64,000 bases of DNA from Moraxellaceae bacterium (GTDB taxonomy: Bacteria > Pseudomonadota > Gammaproteobacteria > Pseudomonadales > Moraxellaceae), in assembly GCA_049301135.1 (NCBI GenBank), contig JBAQKP010000044.1, positions 10,460-74,459 on the forward strand, written 5' to 3'. The position numbers and the translations under genes are program-made. How positions within the stretch are numbered: the stretch's first letter is position 1; the number at the start of each line of letters is the position of its first letter. This document shows positions 26,050 through 41,032 of this stretch, one piece after another. The notes beneath the pieces are model-generated. The model saw nothing but the letters and a program-made list of their open reading frames with translations. It was not told the DNA's origin and did not search any database.

Positions 26050-28884
26050 ATGAGCGATGAACAAAACAGCGGTGTAGACTACAAACCGACCCTAAACCTG
26101 CCGGATACCGAGTTTGCCATGCAAGGCCAACTGGCCAAGCGCGAACCGCAATGGCTGGCCGAGTGGCAAGCCGACGGCCTGTATCAGCAGATCCGTGCCA
26201 CGCGCGCCGGTGCGCCCAAATACATCCTGCACGATGGCCCTCCATACGCCAACGGGCAAATCCACATTGGGCATGCAGTCAACAAAGTTCTAAAAGACAT
26301 TATTATAAAATCCAAAACCTTATCCGGCTTCGATGCGCCGTATGTGATGGGTTGGGATTGTCATGGCCTGCCCATCGAACTGAAAGTCGAAGAAAAAGTC
26401 GGCAAAGTCGGTGTCAAAGTCGATGCGGCAACTTTCCGCGCCGAATGTCGCAGCTACGCCGCCGCACAAGTCGAGCTACAAAAAGCTGATTTTCAGCGTC
26501 TAGGCGTGATCGGTGATTGGGATCATCCGTATCTGACCATGAACTTTCAGCAAGAAGCCGACACCGTGCGTGCACTCGCCAAGATCGTCGCAAATGGTCA
26601 TGTACAAGCCGGTCTAAAACCAGTCAACTGGTGCTTGGATTGTGGTTCAGCGTTGGCTGAAGCTGAAGTCGAATACGAAGATAAAAAATCTGATGCGATT
26701 GATGTTGGCTTTACTGTCAAAGACTTAGCTGACTTATCCACAAGAGTCGGTGTGGCTGTGGATAACTTATCTACTGTGGATATCGTGATCTGGACGACCA
26801 CGCCGTGGACATTACCCGCCAACCAAGCGGTCGCCTTAAACGCCGAGATCGACTACCAGTTGATTCAGGCACAAGGTGAGCAGGGCACTGCGCAACTGAT
26901 TCTGGCGGCTGATTTGGTCGAGAGTGCCTGTGAGCGTTATGCACTGCAAGACGTGCAAGTGCTGGCGAGTTTTAAAGGTCAGACGCTCGAAGGCGTGCAG
27001 CTCCAGCATCCGTTTATTGCTGCCCGTCAAGTGCCGGTGATCTTGGGTGAACACGTCATCGCCACCAGCGGGACTGGCGCGGTACATACCGCCCCCGGCC
27101 ATGGCGTGGACGACTATAAAGTCGGGCTGCAATACGGCCTAAAAGTCGATAACCCAGTCGGCGGCAATGGCGTATACCTGCCAGAAGCGCCGGTGTTTGC
27201 CGGTCAGCATATCTATAAAGCCAACCCACAAATCCTTGAGCTGCTCAAAGAAAACGGCAAGCTGTGGGCGCATGTCGTCATCAAACACAGCTACCCGCAC
27301 TGCTGGCGGCACAAAACCCCGATCATCTTCCGTGCCACACCGCAGTGGTTTATTAACATGGAAGTGCAGGGGCTGCGCCAAGCGTCGTTGGATGCGATCA
27401 AGGGCGTGCAATGGATTCCTGAATGGGGTCAAAACCGCATCGAAGCGATGCTGGAAGGCCGTCCCGATTGGTGTATCTCGCGGCAACGCACGTGGGGCGT
27501 GCCGATTGCGTTTTTTGTGCATCAAGACAGCGGCGCATTGCATCCTGATACCTTGAGCTTGATGGAGCAGGTCGCACAACGCATCGAAGCCGGTGGCATT
27601 CAAGCATGGTTTGATCTAGATGCGCGTGAGTTGATCGGCGATGACGCAGCGCACTACAACAAGTGCAGCGACACGCTGGATGTGTGGTTTGATTCGGGCG
27701 TGACCCATTACGCGGTGTTGGATCAGCGCGACGAGTTGCAATCGCCTGCCGACTTATACCTTGAAGGTTCTGATCAGCATCGCGGCTGGTTCCAGACCTC
27801 GCTGCTGACTGGGATTGCGATCAATCAACGTGCGCCGTTTAAACAGGTGCTGACACATGGTTTTGTGGTGGATGAAAAAGGCCACAAAATGTCCAAATCC
27901 AAGGGCAACGTGATCACCCCACAAGACGTAATCAAAAAAAGCGGCGCGGATATTTTGCGCTTCTGGATTGCCTCGACCGATTACCGCTACGAAATGGCTG
28001 CGGGCGATAAAGTGTTTGCCGGTGCGATTGATGGCTATCGGCGTATTCGCAACACGGTGCGGTTTTTGCTGGCCAATCTGAACGGCTTTGTGCCGTCACA
28101 GCACGCGCTGCCAGTCGATCAACTGATTGAGCTGGATCAATACATCATCCGCCGTGCCGCACAAGTGCAAGCACAGATTCAAGCCGCCTATGACGCGATG
28201 GATTTTCACCAAGTCACCGTGCTGCTGACCAGCTTCTGTGCCAGTGATTTGGGTGGCTTTTATCTGGATATTATCAAAGATCGCCAATACACCACGCAGG
28301 CCGATTCCGTGGCGCGTCGCTCGGCGCAGACTGCGCTGTATCATTTGACCCAAGCCTTTGTACGCTGGATGTCGCCGATCTTGAGCTTTACCGCGCAAGA
28401 AGCATGGTCAGCGTTGGCCGAAACCAGCAGCAAGTATGTGTTTACCGCCGAATGGTACGCCCTGCCGGTGGTCGATGTGGCGGCACAGATCAGCGATGCC
28501 GATTGGCAAACCATTTTGCAGGTCAAAGCCGCGGTCAATAAGCAGATCGAAAACGCGCGTAATGCCAAACTGATCGGCGCAAACCTATCGGCGCAAGTTG
28601 TCCTTTGGGCAGATGAGCGCTTACAAACTGTGCTGGCCAAGCTGGGTGATGAGTTACGTTTTGTGTTGATTACCAGTGCCGCACGGGTAGAAACGTTTAC
28701 TGAGCAAGGGGAAGCAACTGAACTGACAGGCTTACGCGTGCAAGTCAGCCCAGCCGATGGGGTGAAATGTGCGCGCTGTTGGCATGTGCGGCCAGACGTC
28801 GGTACACACGCGGCGCATCCAGAAATTTGCGGCCGTTGCGTGGATAACGTGACCGGCAGCGGTGAGGTGCGCCACTATGCTTAA
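26050..28884 (+). CDS. ileS: Isoleucine--tRNA ligase
   Basis: HIGH motif ([14 protein letters not shown]), KMSKS (KMSKSKGN), and a C-terminal Zn-binding Cys cluster (CARCWH...CGRC). Confidence 0.97.
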   Translation: MSDEQNSGVDYKPTLNLPDTEFAMQGQLAKREPQWLAEWQADGLYQQIRATRAGAPKYILHDGPPYANGQIHIGHAVNKVLKDIIIKSKTLSGFDAPYVMGWDCHGLPIELKVEEKVGKVGVKVDAATFRAECRSYAAAQVELQKADFQRLGVIGDWDHPYLTMNFQQEADTVRALAKIVANGHVQAGLKPVNWCLDCGSALAEAEVEYEDKKSDAIDVGFTVKDLADLSTRVGVAVDNLSTVDIVIWTTTPWTLPANQAVALNAEIDYQLIQAQGEQGTAQLILAADLVESACERYALQDVQVLASFKGQTLEGVQLQHPFIAARQVPVILGEHVIATSGTGAVHTAPGHGVDDYKVGLQYGLKVDNPVGGNGVYLPEAPVFAGQHIYKANPQILELLKENGKLWAHVVIKHSYPHCWRHKTPIIFRATPQWFINMEVQGLRQASLDAIKGVQWIPEWGQNRIEAMLEGRPDWCISRQRTWGVPIAFFVHQDSGALHPDTLSLMEQVAQRIEAGGIQAWFDLDARELIGDDAAHYNKCSDTLDVWFDSGVTHYAVLDQRDELQSPADLYLEGSDQHRGWFQTSLLTGIAINQRAPFKQVLTHGFVVDEKGHKMSKSKGNVITPQDVIKKSGADILRFWIASTDYRYEMAAGDKVFAGAIDGYRRIRNTVRFLLANLNGFVPSQHALPVDQLIELDQYIIRRAAQVQAQIQAAYDAMDFHQVTVLLTSFCASDLGGFYLDIIKDRQYTTQADSVARRSAQTALYHLTQAFVRWMSPILSFTAQEAWSALAETSSKYVFTAEWYALPVVDVAAQISDADWQTILQVKAAVNKQIENARNAKLIGANLSAQVVLWADERLQTVLAKLGDELRFVLITSAARVETFTEQGEATELTGLRVQVSPADGVKCARCWHVRPDVGTHAAHPEICGRCVDNVTGSGEVRHYA

Positions 28885-29419
28885 TTTGAGTGGATTGCGT
28901 ACCGGTTGGAACAGCAAAAATGCGCTTTGGCTATTGCTGTCATTGCTGGCGATTGTCATTGATCAGTGGACGAAGTCGATTGCGGTGGCGCATTTGGTCT
29001 ACGCGCAACCGGTTCCGGTCATGCCGATGCTGAACTGGACGCTGCTGCATAATTATGGTGCGGCGTTTAGCTTCTTGTCGGATGCGGGCGGCTGGCAGCG
29101 CTATTTTTTTACCAGCCTCGCTTCGGTGGTGTCGGTGATTTTTGCCGTGTGGTTGCTGCGCCTGCCCAAAAACACTGTGGTACTCGCGGCCGCGTTATCG
29201 CTGATTTTGGGTGGTGCAATCGGCAATCTGATTGACCGCGTCACTTTGGGTTATGTGGTGGATTTTATTCACGTCTACTACAACGATTCGCATTTTCCAG
29301 CGTTTAATATCGCCGATAGTGCCATTACGCTTGGGGTGATTTTGATGCTGATTGACACGTTTTTTTTGGAAAAACATCGCCTCGCCCAACAAGCGAACTC
29401 AACCCAAGATCAAGCCTAA
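28877..29419 (+). CDS. lspA: Lipoprotein signal peptidase (signal peptidase II)
   Basis: It has four TM helices and conserved NYGAAFSF and FNIAD motifs. The start overlaps the ileS stop. Confidence 0.92.
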   Translation: MLNLSGLRTGWNSKNALWLLLSLLAIVIDQWTKSIAVAHLVYAQPVPVMPMLNWTLLHNYGAAFSFLSDAGGWQRYFFTSLASVVSVIFAVWLLRLPKNTVVLAAALSLILGGAIGNLIDRVTLGYVVDFIHVYYNDSHFPAFNIADSAITLGVILMLIDTFFLEKHRLAQQANSTQDQA

Positions 29420-29452
29420 GATCACACCCAAGACTGAGTGAAAGGATGTTGT

Positions 29453-29935
29453 ATGACTGATTTTATCAATCCAAACGAAGATACCCGTATTGCGCAGGGT
29501 TCGCGGGTGTCGCTGCATTTTTCGGTCGCATTGGAAAATGGCCTTGAAATCGACAACACGCGCAGCCGCACTGAGCCGGTGGAATTAACCATTGGCGATG
29601 GTAACTTGCTGGAAGGCTTCGAAAAAGCTCTACTCGGTCTACGGGCGGGCGACCGTCGTACCGTGCATTTGCCGCCGGAAGATGCATTTGGGCAGTGGAA
29701 CGCGGACAACGTACAGACCTTTGATACGGTGAAGTTTGGTGAGCGTCCGGTGCTTGATCAGGTAATTGAGTTTGAGGACAAAGCCAAGACCACGCTGGCT
29801 GGTGTGGTCAAGTCAGTCAACGACGACGTGACTGAGGTGGATTTTAATCATCCTCTGGCCGGTCGTAACGTGGTGTTCGAGGTCGAAATCGCTCGGGTCA
29901 CGCCTGCGGGGCAGAGTGGTTTAAAGTTGTTGTAA
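29453..29935 (+). CDS. fkpB: FKBP-type peptidyl-prolyl cis-trans isomerase (FkpB/SlpA-like)
   Basis: An FKBP core with an IF-domain insertion (LEGFEKALLGLRAGD...FNHPLAGRNVVFEVEI), in the canonical ileS-lspA-fkpB position. Confidence 0.88.
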   Translation: MTDFINPNEDTRIAQGSRVSLHFSVALENGLEIDNTRSRTEPVELTIGDGNLLEGFEKALLGLRAGDRRTVHLPPEDAFGQWNADNVQTFDTVKFGERPVLDQVIEFEDKAKTTLAGVVKSVNDDVTEVDFNHPLAGRNVVFEVEIARVTPAGQSGLKLL

Positions 29936-30033
29936 CGATTGTTGTAAAAAACTATCTGACTGTGTGGCCTGTGGTTGCACAGTTGATCAGTCAACAAGAT
30001 TTTGGTAGGTCTATTTCTAGTCGTACCCAAGAG

Positions 30034-30270
30034 ATGAAAAGCATGAATATCTTTAAATATCAAAACCCTGTGCTATCAGCAGGTATTGCGATCTCATGTT
30101 TTTTAGCACCCATAGTGTCCATTGATTATAGAAAATCGCAAAATATGTCCTTTTTAGATGAAGGATTGTTTACCTTGTTATTAGCCGCGATATTTTTTTC
30201 CGTCTGGCTTTTGGCTTATTACATTTTCAGGAAGGTGCGTACAGTTTTACGGGGTCGTGCCCAGAAGTGA
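30034..30270 (+). CDS. Hypothetical small membrane protein (78 aa), AT-rich ORFan
   Basis: Two hydrophobic helices and a basic tail. It lies in an AT-rich stretch between convergent fkpB and lptB. I recognise no family. Confidence 0.4.
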   Translation: MKSMNIFKYQNPVLSAGIAISCFLAPIVSIDYRKSQNMSFLDEGLFTLLLAAIFFSVWLLAYYIFRKVRTVLRGRAQK

Positions 30271-30348
30271 CTTGTAGCGCATATTCAACTCACCGTATGA
30301 GCCGAATATGGGTGTTAATGAGCTTGTTCAGTAGGCCGCGCCTGAGCT

Positions 30349-31104
30349 TCAAACCTTAAAATCATCCCCCAAATACACTTGGCGAACCAAATCATTCGCC
30401 AAGATCTCTGCTGCACTGCCTTCGGCAATCACAGAGCCTTCGCTGACGATATAAGCCTTTTCGCAGATCGCCAACGTTTCGCGTACGTTATGATCGGTGA
30501 TTAAAATCCCAATCCCACGTGCACTCAGGCGTTCAATAATATTTTTAATATCACCGACTGAGATTGGATCAACTCCCGCAAAGGGTTCATCGAGTAGCAT
30601 AAACTTTGGTTCAGCCGCCAATGCCCGCGCAATCTCTGCACGTCGCCGTTCGCCACCAGAAACACTCATACCCAGAGAATTGCGAATATGGGTAATGCTA
30701 AACTCTTCGAGTAGCTCCTCAAGTCGTGCTTGTTGTTGTTGTTTATTCAGATCTTTGCGGGTTTGTAGCACGGCTAAAATATTATCAGCGATGCTGAGTT
30801 TGCGAAAAATCGAGGCTTCTTGCGGCAAATAGCCCAAGCCATGTCTGGCACGTTGGTGCATGGCCAGATCAGATAAATCTTTGCCATCTAATAAAATACA
30901 CCCGCGATCCATCCGTACCAAACCGACCAGCATGTAAAAACTGGTGGTTTTGCCCGCACCGTTAGGCCCAAGTAAACCGACGATCTGACCGCTGTGCAGT
31001 TTAAACGACACGTCTTTCACCACCAATCGCTTGTTGTAGCTCTTGGCCAAATGCCGAATTTCCAGATATTGGACGACAGGGACGGCGGTCATGGGCACAC
31101 TCAA
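30349..31104 (-). CDS. lptB: LPS export ABC transporter ATP-binding protein LptB
   Basis: Walker A (GPNGAGKTT), the signature motif LSGGERRR (as [10 protein letters not shown]) and Walker B (LLDEPFAG). Operon context with lptA and lptC. Confidence 0.95.
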   Translation of the reverse strand: MSVPMTAVPVVQYLEIRHLAKSYNKRLVVKDVSFKLHSGQIVGLLGPNGAGKTTSFYMLVGLVRMDRGCILLDGKDLSDLAMHQRARHGLGYLPQEASIFRKLSIADNILAVLQTRKDLNKQQQQARLEELLEEFSITHIRNSLGMSVSGGERRRAEIARALAAEPKFMLLDEPFAGVDPISVGDIKNIIERLSARGIGILITDHNVRETLAICEKAYIVSEGSVIAEGSAAEILANDLVRQVYLGDDFKV

Positions 31105-31640
31105 CGGCTTTTGGCGGGGGTGACGACTGGGTTTTGATTCGGTGGAATCACGATTTTAACTCGATTTTGGGTGTTGCCAAGTGCTTCGACATCGCCTTCG
31201 GTGATGCTGTAGCGGATCGAGTTACCACTAAAGCGTGCACCATCTTGGGTTAGCAAGGCATTGCCGGTTAAGGTAACGATACCCGCTTGAGCGTCGTATA
31301 CCACACTCTGGCCTTCACCGCGTGCGATGCCTTTATCATCGCTGATTTGCTGCTGAAAACGTGCCGGACGACCTTTAGCAGTCGCATCTTTGATGCTGCG
31401 GTCAGCGGTCAGATTGACCACGATGCTGTCGGCTTCGATGCGCACACTGCCTTGGGTAATCAGGACGTTGCCAGTATAAGTGGTAATACCGCTACGCTCG
31501 TTATACGTGGCTCGATCCGCCTCTAGGCTAACCGGTTGGTTTTGGTCGCTGGGTAGGGCGTATGCGACGGTCAGTGGCATGCTGACACAGCAGAGTAGGA
31601 CTAAGCGGGACAGTCGGTTAAGGACGTGAAGCAGGGGCAT
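31101..31640 (-). CDS. lptA: LPS transport periplasmic protein LptA
   Basis: It has a signal peptide and the OstA-like beta-jellyroll sequence ([35 protein letters not shown]...). Its stop overlaps the lptB start. The start is uncertain (31640 or 31673). Confidence 0.85.
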   Translation of the reverse strand: MPLLHVLNRLSRLVLLCCVSMPLTVAYALPSDQNQPVSLEADRATYNERSGITTYTGNVLITQGSVRIEADSIVVNLTADRSIKDATAKGRPARFQQQISDDKGIARGEGQSVVYDAQAGIVTLTGNALLTQDGARFSGNSIRYSITEGDVEALGNTQNRVKIVIPPNQNPVVTPAKSR

Positions 31641-32178
31641 ATTCGATCCGAATTCGGTTAAGTTGATAGTCACCTTGGCTGAGGTCTGCGCGTAAGCCTT
31701 GACTGTTGATCAGACCTTGTGAATTGATCACTTGTACGGGTTGATCGGTTTCGATCTGGCGAGTTTTAGGATAGCCGATCAGTTGTGAGGTGTTAAAGCG
31801 GGTTGCTTGCTGATTGGTGGGATTGATGTGGCTGATCTGTACGCCACCGTTCAACAGGATTTTTTGATTTTGCTCTGACAGTTCAGCGTGGGCAGCCGTT
31901 AAAATCACCCGTTGTTGGCCATTTTGATACCAAATGCTGTCGATTTGATCCAGTTCAGTCCGGTTGGTTGCCCCAAAATGACGCAGTTCAGCCGCACGTG
32001 TAGTGGCTTGCAGTTGTCCTTGTGCATCGGTCTGTAACAGTTGAATGTCACGCGCTGAATAAGCAATCCCTTGACTGAGACTGGCATCAAGCTGCACCTG
32101 TTGGCCACTTTGCCAATAGTACCAGCCAGAATATGCCGCCACCACAGCGGCAATCAGGTAGAGCAGACGAGTATCCAT
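31618..32178 (-). CDS. lptC: LPS export system protein LptC
   Basis: An N-terminal TM anchor is followed by an LptC-like beta-jellyroll. The position kdsC-lptC-lptA-lptB is canonical. Confidence 0.8.
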   Translation of the reverse strand: MDTRLLYLIAAVVAAYSGWYYWQSGQQVQLDASLSQGIAYSARDIQLLQTDAQGQLQATTRAAELRHFGATNRTELDQIDSIWYQNGQQRVILTAAHAELSEQNQKILLNGGVQISHINPTNQQATRFNTSQLIGYPKTRQIETDQPVQVINSQGLINSQGLRADLSQGDYQLNRIRIEYAPASRP

Positions 32179-32236
32179 TGGTGGCCAAACGAACCTCGTT
32201 TAAAAGATGTGAAACAACCTGGCCGCCTGCGTCAGA

Positions 32237-32779
32237 TTATGCGCCGCGTACCGCCAAAAAACGTTCCAGCATCGTATCATATTGGCCTTTGGCGTGCAGA
32301 ATCACATCACATAACTCACGCACCGCCCCGCGTCCACCACTGGCTTGTGTGACCAAATGCGCCCGTCGCCGAACTTCATGATGTGCGTTCGGTACAGTCA
32401 CGGCTAGTCCTGCCATGGCGAGCGCACCGAGATCTGGCCAATCGTCACCCATATATGCACAATCGGTTGGCAGGACATTCAGCTGGCGACAGGCTTCGGC
32501 CAATGCGATGCCTTTATCTTCACGGCCTTGCACCACCAGATCAACACCCAGTGAATCCATACGTTGCTTGACGATATTGCTGGTGCGACCGGTGATGATG
32601 ACGATCTTCACATCACACTCTTGTACCAGTTTCATGCCCAGACCATCGCGCACGTCGAAGGCTTTAATTTCTTCACCACTATTGCCAAAAATCAATCGGC
32701 CATCGCTCAGGATGCCATCGACATCAAGTGCCAAGACTTGAATGTGCCGCGCCCGTTCTAAAATTGCATATGAAGCCAT
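32237..32779 (-). CDS. kdsC: 3-deoxy-D-manno-octulosonate 8-phosphate phosphatase
   Basis: HAD motif (LALDVDGILSDGRL) and GDDWPD. It lies downstream of kdsD. Confidence 0.9.
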   Translation of the reverse strand: MASYAILERARHIQVLALDVDGILSDGRLIFGNSGEEIKAFDVRDGLGMKLVQECDVKIVIITGRTSNIVKQRMDSLGVDLVVQGREDKGIALAEACRQLNVLPTDCAYMGDDWPDLGALAMAGLAVTVPNAHHEVRRRAHLVTQASGGRGAVRELCDVILHAKGQYDTMLERFLAVRGA

Positions 32780-33766
32780 TTAGCCTACTCCTGCTTCTAA
32801 AATGTCATGCATATGAAGCGCACCCACAGGTTTATTGTCATCATCAACGACAATTAGATTGTTGATGTACATTTCGTGCATGATTTTAAGTGCATCTGCT
32901 GCGAGCATATCAGTACTTAAGTCGATTTTGACAGGGTTTTTGGTCATAAAATCCGATACAGTGGCAGTAAGATCCGAGTGAGTGGCAAGATAGCGCCGGA
33001 GATCTCCATCCGTGAACACGCCAACCAAATACCCATCATCTGATACCACGGCGGTAATGCCGAGTCGCTTTGCCGTAATCTCTAGCAGCGTCTCTCTAAT
33101 CGTACAGTGCCGTTGCACGCTGGGTAGCGCACTGTCTGTATGCATGATTTGAGCGACACGAACCAACAAGCGTTTACCGAGTGAGCCAGCAGGATGTGAC
33201 AGGGCAAAGTCATCTTTGGTAAAGCTGCGAGCATTCAGCAGAGCAACGGCTAGTGCATCACCGAGTGCTAATGTTGCGGTGGTACTGGACGTTGGGGCTA
33301 AGCCAAGCGGGCACGCTTCTCGCAGATTGCCGAGCGTCAACGCGACGGTTGCTTGTTTAGGAAGTGCGCCTTTGGCATGTTGACTGATACTGATGAGTGG
33401 GATCGCATAATGCTGAACCACTGGAATCAACATCATGATTTCATCACTTTGTCCTGAGTTTGAAATGGCAATCAGTACATCACCACGCACCAGCATCCCG
33501 AGGTCGCCATGGGCAGCTTCACTGGGGTGCATAAAAAAAGAAGGTGTCCCTGTTGAAGCAAATGTTGCGGCGATTTTGCGGCCAATATGCCCAGATTTGC
33601 CCATACCGGTAATCACCACTCGACCTGTACATGCCAAAATTAACTCACAGGCCAGCTCAAACCGATGATCTAATTCGGCATATAATACGTCGAGTGCTTG
33701 GCGCTCAGTCTGAATGGTTTGGCGTGCGCTAGCAAGGTAAGTGGTGGTGGTAATAGGTTTCGTCAC
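32780..33766 (-). CDS. kdsD: Arabinose-5-phosphate isomerase
   Basis: A SIS domain (VITGMGKSGHIGRKIAATFASTGTPSFF) is followed by tandem CBS domains. GTG start. Confidence 0.93.
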   Translation of the reverse strand: MTKPITTTTYLASARQTIQTERQALDVLYAELDHRFELACELILACTGRVVITGMGKSGHIGRKIAATFASTGTPSFFMHPSEAAHGDLGMLVRGDVLIAISNSGQSDEIMMLIPVVQHYAIPLISISQHAKGALPKQATVALTLGNLREACPLGLAPTSSTTATLALGDALAVALLNARSFTKDDFALSHPAGSLGKRLLVRVAQIMHTDSALPSVQRHCTIRETLLEITAKRLGITAVVSDDGYLVGVFTDGDLRRYLATHSDLTATVSDFMTKNPVKIDLSTDMLAADALKIMHEMYINNLIVVDDDNKPVGALHMHDILEAGVG

Positions 33767-34079
33767 GTCTGATTCCTGAGTTGCTGGTTCTGTGCTGCAT
33801 ATTACAGTGTAATCAAAAAAGACCTGCTAAAACATAAAACCTGGTTGCTGCGAGTATATATTTTGCGAGGGTTATTATTGTGATGCTGGGTCTTCCAGTA
33901 TATTTGTTGTCAACATGCTGTAAAAAACGTGTGCCTTCCTCATGCTAGAACAGCAAAACCTTATACAGTAGTCGGCGACAATTCCACTGCACACTCATCT
34001 GTAAACCACAAGAATCTGTTACCCCAACTGCCCAACACAGTGCTACCATTTTCGGCTGGTGGTTTGATGATTTGGGTAG

Positions 34080-36628
<2,549 letters not shown>

Positions 36629-36647
36629 CGCCACACAGGTGCTGATT

Positions 36648-38063
36648 TTAGCTGGATCTGCGCCGGATAATCCGTGGAATGCCGAGGGTTTTGCGGCGTT
36701 CCCATAGGGTTTTGCGGCTGATGCCCAGTTGCTCCGCCAATTGGGTTTCGTTGAGCTTGGGTTCGAGCTGGCGCACCAATTCAATAAACTGCTGCTGCAA
36801 TAGGCTGCCATTGCTGGCAGGCATCGGTTCAGTGAGTAGCGGGATATCGTCATCAAACGCTAAGGCCGACAAGCCTGTTGCGGTCAGTTTTGCGGCGGGG
36901 GTCGCACTGCGGTGTGCCTGCGCAGGCAGCATCTCCGGTAGGCGAATCAAGCGGGTCGGAATCAGCCGGTCTTTGCACATGATCACTGCATATTCGAGCA
37001 CGTTTTGTAGCTCACGAATATTACCCGGCCAATGGTGTTGTTTAAGACGATGCAGCGCATCAGCGCAAAGGCCGTCAATTTGTTTGGCGTGTCGGTGGCA
37101 AAGTTGCTGAATAATACTCTCAATTAACAGGCTGAGATCATGCCCACGCGCGGACAGTGGCGGTAGATTGAGTGCCACCACGTTCAATCGAAAAAACAAA
37201 TCCGCCCGAAACTGCCCATCGTTGACCATCTGTTCGAGGTTACGATGCGTTGCGGCGATCAGTCGAATATCGACTTTGCGGGTTTCGTGGGTGCCGAGTC
37301 TGCGAATCTCACGTTCTTGTAGTAGACGCAGTAAGCGTGCTTGCGCATCCAACGGCAGTTCGCCGATTTCGTCCAAAAACAGCGTGCTTTGATCAGCGGC
37401 TTCGACTAAGCCTTTACGGCTGCTGTTCGCGCCGGTAAACGCGCCTTTTTCATGCCCAAATAACTCATCTTCCATCAGACTATCGGGAATCGAGGCGCAA
37501 TTGACCGCAATCATCGGAAACTTGGCGCGTGGGCTGAGTTGGTGCAGGGCGCGGGCGACCAGTTCCTTGCCAGTACCCGATTCGCCTTGGATCAACACGG
37601 TGGTGGCCAACGGCGCAACGGTGCGGATCTCATCGTAGAGCTTTAGCATGGCTGGACTTTCACCAATCATGCCGAGTGTGTGTACGGGTATCTGTGGGTT
37701 ACGGCTGAGCGGTGCGCGTTTTAAAGTGCTATCAATCGCGACTAATAGCTCTTGATGGTCAAATGGTTTAATCAAATAATGCACGGCACCCGCCCGCATC
37801 GCCGCAACCGCATCCCGCGTATCGCTGTAGCTGGTCATGATCAATACGGGGGTTGGACGCGCCAATTCAATCAGGCTGGTTCCTGCTGCACCGGGTAAGC
37901 GTACATCACTGATGATCAGATCAAATTGTGATAAGTCATGTTGGCACGCGCTATCGACACAGGCCGCTTCACTGACACGATGGCCGTGCCGCTCCAACAT
38001 TCGGCGTAAGTTTTGCCGAATCAGCGCCTCATCTTCAACGATCAGCAGTGCCGCACTCATCAC
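36648..38063 (-). CDS. cbrB: Sigma-54-dependent response regulator, CbrB-type (NtrC family)
   Basis: REC domain, AAA+ domain ([14 protein letters not shown]) and a C-terminal HTH. It overlaps the stop of the CbrA-like kinase. The dksA-gluQ-cbrA-cbrB gene order matches Pseudomonas. Confidence 0.72.
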   Translation of the reverse strand: MMSAALLIVEDEALIRQNLRRMLERHGHRVSEAACVDSACQHDLSQFDLIISDVRLPGAAGTSLIELARPTPVLIMTSYSDTRDAVAAMRAGAVHYLIKPFDHQELLVAIDSTLKRAPLSRNPQIPVHTLGMIGESPAMLKLYDEIRTVAPLATTVLIQGESGTGKELVARALHQLSPRAKFPMIAVNCASIPDSLMEDELFGHEKGAFTGANSSRKGLVEAADQSTLFLDEIGELPLDAQARLLRLLQEREIRRLGTHETRKVDIRLIAATHRNLEQMVNDGQFRADLFFRLNVVALNLPPLSARGHDLSLLIESIIQQLCHRHAKQIDGLCADALHRLKQHHWPGNIRELQNVLEYAVIMCKDRLIPTRLIRLPEMLPAQAHRSATPAAKLTATGLSALAFDDDIPLLTEPMPASNGSLLQQQFIELVRQLEPKLNETQLAEQLGISRKTLWERRKTLGIPRIIRRRSS

Positions 38064-41032
38064 AACTCCTCTGCTGCATAGATCGCGGGTAGCGTGATTT
38101 GTACAATCACGCCGCGGCCTTGGTCATAATCGGTTTTGTCGATTAATTGGATACGGCCGCCATGACTGCCAATGATACCCTGAACCAACGACAAACCAAG
38201 CCCTGTGCCTTGTCCATACTGCTTTGTGGTGACAAACGGTTCAAATAGCTTACCGCGTAGCTCATTGTTCGGCAGTCCACTGCCATCATCTTCGATTTCG
38301 ATGTGAATATGTTGGTTATTTTGGTGCGCGCTGATGTGGATTCGGATGCTGTCGGGTGCAGGCTGTTGCAGGCTGGCATCAATCGCATTGCCAAATAAAT
38401 TAATAAACACCTGATGCAGTTGTGGCCCATAACCCGCAACCTGTAGTTCTGGCTCAATCGCATTAATAAACCGAATCGGTTTGCGTTGTCCCATACGGGT
38501 CAGGCTGATCGACTCCTCGACCAATGCACGGAGTCCCAGCCGCTGTTGCTGCGCTTGATCCAGCCGGTCGGTGCGGGCATAGCCGACCAATGCGTTGACG
38601 ATGCTGCGAATCCGTTGGGTTTGTTCGAGGATTTTTTGGCTGGTATCTTGGATCTCAGGGTCGTCAAAGTCTGCTTCCAGATTCTGGGCGAGACCCGCAA
38701 TCCCCGTGACTGGATTGCCGATTTCGTGCGCCACCCCTGCCACCAGACGGCCAATCGCGGCCAGTCGATCTTGGTGGGTCAGTTGTTTTTCCAGTTCGGC
38801 GATTTTGGTGACATCCTCAATCACCAGCACTTGATTTTGGTCATCTGGTTCGCCGACTGTCGCGCGTTGTAGATTGACCAAATAATGCCGCTCATCATGT
38901 TGCACCGCGAGCCGATAGGTTTGCTGTTGTGTGTCCAACATAAACTGCATCAGCACGCTGCCCCAGACATTTGGGATGTCGCCCAGCCGCCAGCCGACCA
39001 CCTCATCACCAAAATCAGTCAACTCCGCCATCATGCGATTCCAACTCATGATGGTAAATTGCGCATTCACCGAGCATACCCCAATCGGCAGTTCGTGCAG
39101 CATTTGCCGGTGAAAACGCCGTAACGCATCGAGTTCGGCTGCTGTACCGGAGAGCAGGCTGTTTTGTTGCTCGTCATCGAGGCGTTGTTCGAGCGCATGG
39201 CGTACCGCAATCGGCGGCAGATCCAGTCGTGCATGATAGGGCAGCGCCCGATCCAACAAATCTTGTGATACCGCAGGGCCGAGTAGCGCGGATAAATTGA
39301 AATTTAAGCGTTCACGCAGCCGTGTCAGTTGGCTAGGACGTTGTTCATCCCAACTGAGATTCAGATCTTGCAAGGCGTGTTGTAGTTGTTGTGCCGCGAT
39401 GGCTGCACCCAGTGGCTTACTCAGCGCGGTCTCGATATCCTCGACACACACGGCTCGAATATCCCAGCGTTGTACCCGCAACATCGGCTCAGGATCATAC
39501 ACTGCGCATTCCAAGGCACGCACCTGCTCCGCTGTGGTTTGTTGAGTCAGCATCGACCCGATTATCAAGCCAAACGACGACAGCCCCAACGTGACAATAC
39601 TCATCTCGATCTGAGGCAGCACCGGAGACTGGCCATACAGCAATGCTAACAGTGACCAGTCCAGTTGCAGCGGTTGATAAACCGCCAACTGTAACAACGA
39701 CCAACTGGCGATCCCCAACACTAAGCTGAGCAAACAACCGATATCATTGGCACGCGGCCAAAACAACACCCCAATCAGCGCGGGCAGTAACACCAAAAAA
39801 CCACTCAGCGCACTAATCGCAATCGGCACGATGGCAGAATCGCGCAACAACACAAACAGCGAACAGGCCAACGCAGCGAGTAAGCCGAGTAGCCAAAATT
39901 TGCGTTCACGCACATAGCTTTCGAGGGTGTTTTGCCGCTGATTGGGCTGATAAAATTCACTGATAAAATGATTAAACGCCATGCTAGACAACGCCAGCAA
40001 GCCAATCATCAAGCTACTACACAGCGCCGATAAAATCGCAATATAAAACAACAGCGACAACCATGGCCGCTCCAGTGCCAGCACCACGTTTTGTAGCATC
40101 TGTTCCGGCTGTGCGGTCAAACCTAGCTTAATCGCTGCCCACATTAGAATCGGCACAATCACCGCCAATGGCAACAAATACAGCGATACCCCCCAGCTCA
40201 TTTTTTTCATTTCATCGGGGCGATTATTCTCCACAAAAATAGACTGATACATATGCGGCATCAAAATCGCAAAGAACGAAAATAAAAACACCGCCAATTG
40301 CCACGAGCCAGAATTCATCGGCTCAAATAAGCGCTGCACATCAGCAGGATGTTGGGTCAGCCAAGCGGATAAATCCGCCCAGCCATCAAACACCCAGAGC
40401 AGGCAGGCCAGCGCCAAAATGATTAAAAACCCCATTTTAAGCAGCGATTGCAGCGCAATCACCAACATCAACGGCTTGTTGTTACGGTATTCGGTATTGG
40501 TGACCAAGCGCTGCACATACAATAAGAATAAAATTAACACAACGTAAACGGTCAGCGTGTGATGCAGTTTTCCGCCAAATGCGCACACCACATGATCCAG
40601 TACCAAGATTTGCATGGCAAAATAAATCAGAGTGATCACCAGTAAAAAACTGGTCGATAATTGCCCGACGAGGCGATTTTTATAGCGAAAGGCCAATAAA
40701 TCGGGGACAGAAATCAATTGGTAATTTTTAACCAACCGCAAGATCGGCTCAAGCAGCACGGGCGCACACAAAAACAACGCTGAGATGCCGATCAGATAGG
40801 CCAGATAGTTAAAGCCTTCCAGATAAGCCGCACCGGGTAAGATATAAATGCCCCAAGCCGCTAAAGCAACCCCAACCGCCAGCGTATGTAAGCCAGAGTG
40901 GTGCATCAGTCTGTGCAGGAATTTACCGCGTGCGACAGCGCGTACCAGCAGCATCAGCAACACAAAATACAGCACACTGAGCGGCACCAGCCAGTGCTTA
41001 ATCAGCAACAGATCCGACCAGTGTTCAGCCAT
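38060..41032 (-). CDS. cbrA: Hybrid transporter-like sensor histidine kinase, CbrA-type (SSS/SLC5-like N-terminal domain + PAS + HisKA/HATPase)
   Basis: 990 aa. There are about 13 N-terminal TM helices resembling a sodium:solute symporter. These are followed by a PAS-like region, an H-box ([18 protein letters not shown]) and an ATPase domain (GTGLGLS). Confidence 0.75.
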   Translation of the reverse strand: MAEHWSDLLLIKHWLVPLSVLYFVLLMLLVRAVARGKFLHRLMHHSGLHTLAVGVALAAWGIYILPGAAYLEGFNYLAYLIGISALFLCAPVLLEPILRLVKNYQLISVPDLLAFRYKNRLVGQLSTSFLLVITLIYFAMQILVLDHVVCAFGGKLHHTLTVYVVLILFLLYVQRLVTNTEYRNNKPLMLVIALQSLLKMGFLIILALACLLWVFDGWADLSAWLTQHPADVQRLFEPMNSGSWQLAVFLFSFFAILMPHMYQSIFVENNRPDEMKKMSWGVSLYLLPLAVIVPILMWAAIKLGLTAQPEQMLQNVVLALERPWLSLLFYIAILSALCSSLMIGLLALSSMAFNHFISEFYQPNQRQNTLESYVRERKFWLLGLLAALACSLFVLLRDSAIVPIAISALSGFLVLLPALIGVLFWPRANDIGCLLSLVLGIASWSLLQLAVYQPLQLDWSLLALLYGQSPVLPQIEMSIVTLGLSSFGLIIGSMLTQQTTAEQVRALECAVYDPEPMLRVQRWDIRAVCVEDIETALSKPLGAAIAAQQLQHALQDLNLSWDEQRPSQLTRLRERLNFNLSALLGPAVSQDLLDRALPYHARLDLPPIAVRHALEQRLDDEQQNSLLSGTAAELDALRRFHRQMLHELPIGVCSVNAQFTIMSWNRMMAELTDFGDEVVGWRLGDIPNVWGSVLMQFMLDTQQQTYRLAVQHDERHYLVNLQRATVGEPDDQNQVLVIEDVTKIAELEKQLTHQDRLAAIGRLVAGVAHEIGNPVTGIAGLAQNLEADFDDPEIQDTSQKILEQTQRIRSIVNALVGYARTDRLDQAQQQRLGLRALVEESISLTRMGQRKPIRFINAIEPELQVAGYGPQLHQVFINLFGNAIDASLQQPAPDSIRIHISAHQNNQHIHIEIEDDGSGLPNNELRGKLFEPFVTTKQYGQGTGLGLSLVQGIIGSHGGRIQLIDKTDYDQGRGVIVQITLPAIYAAEEL

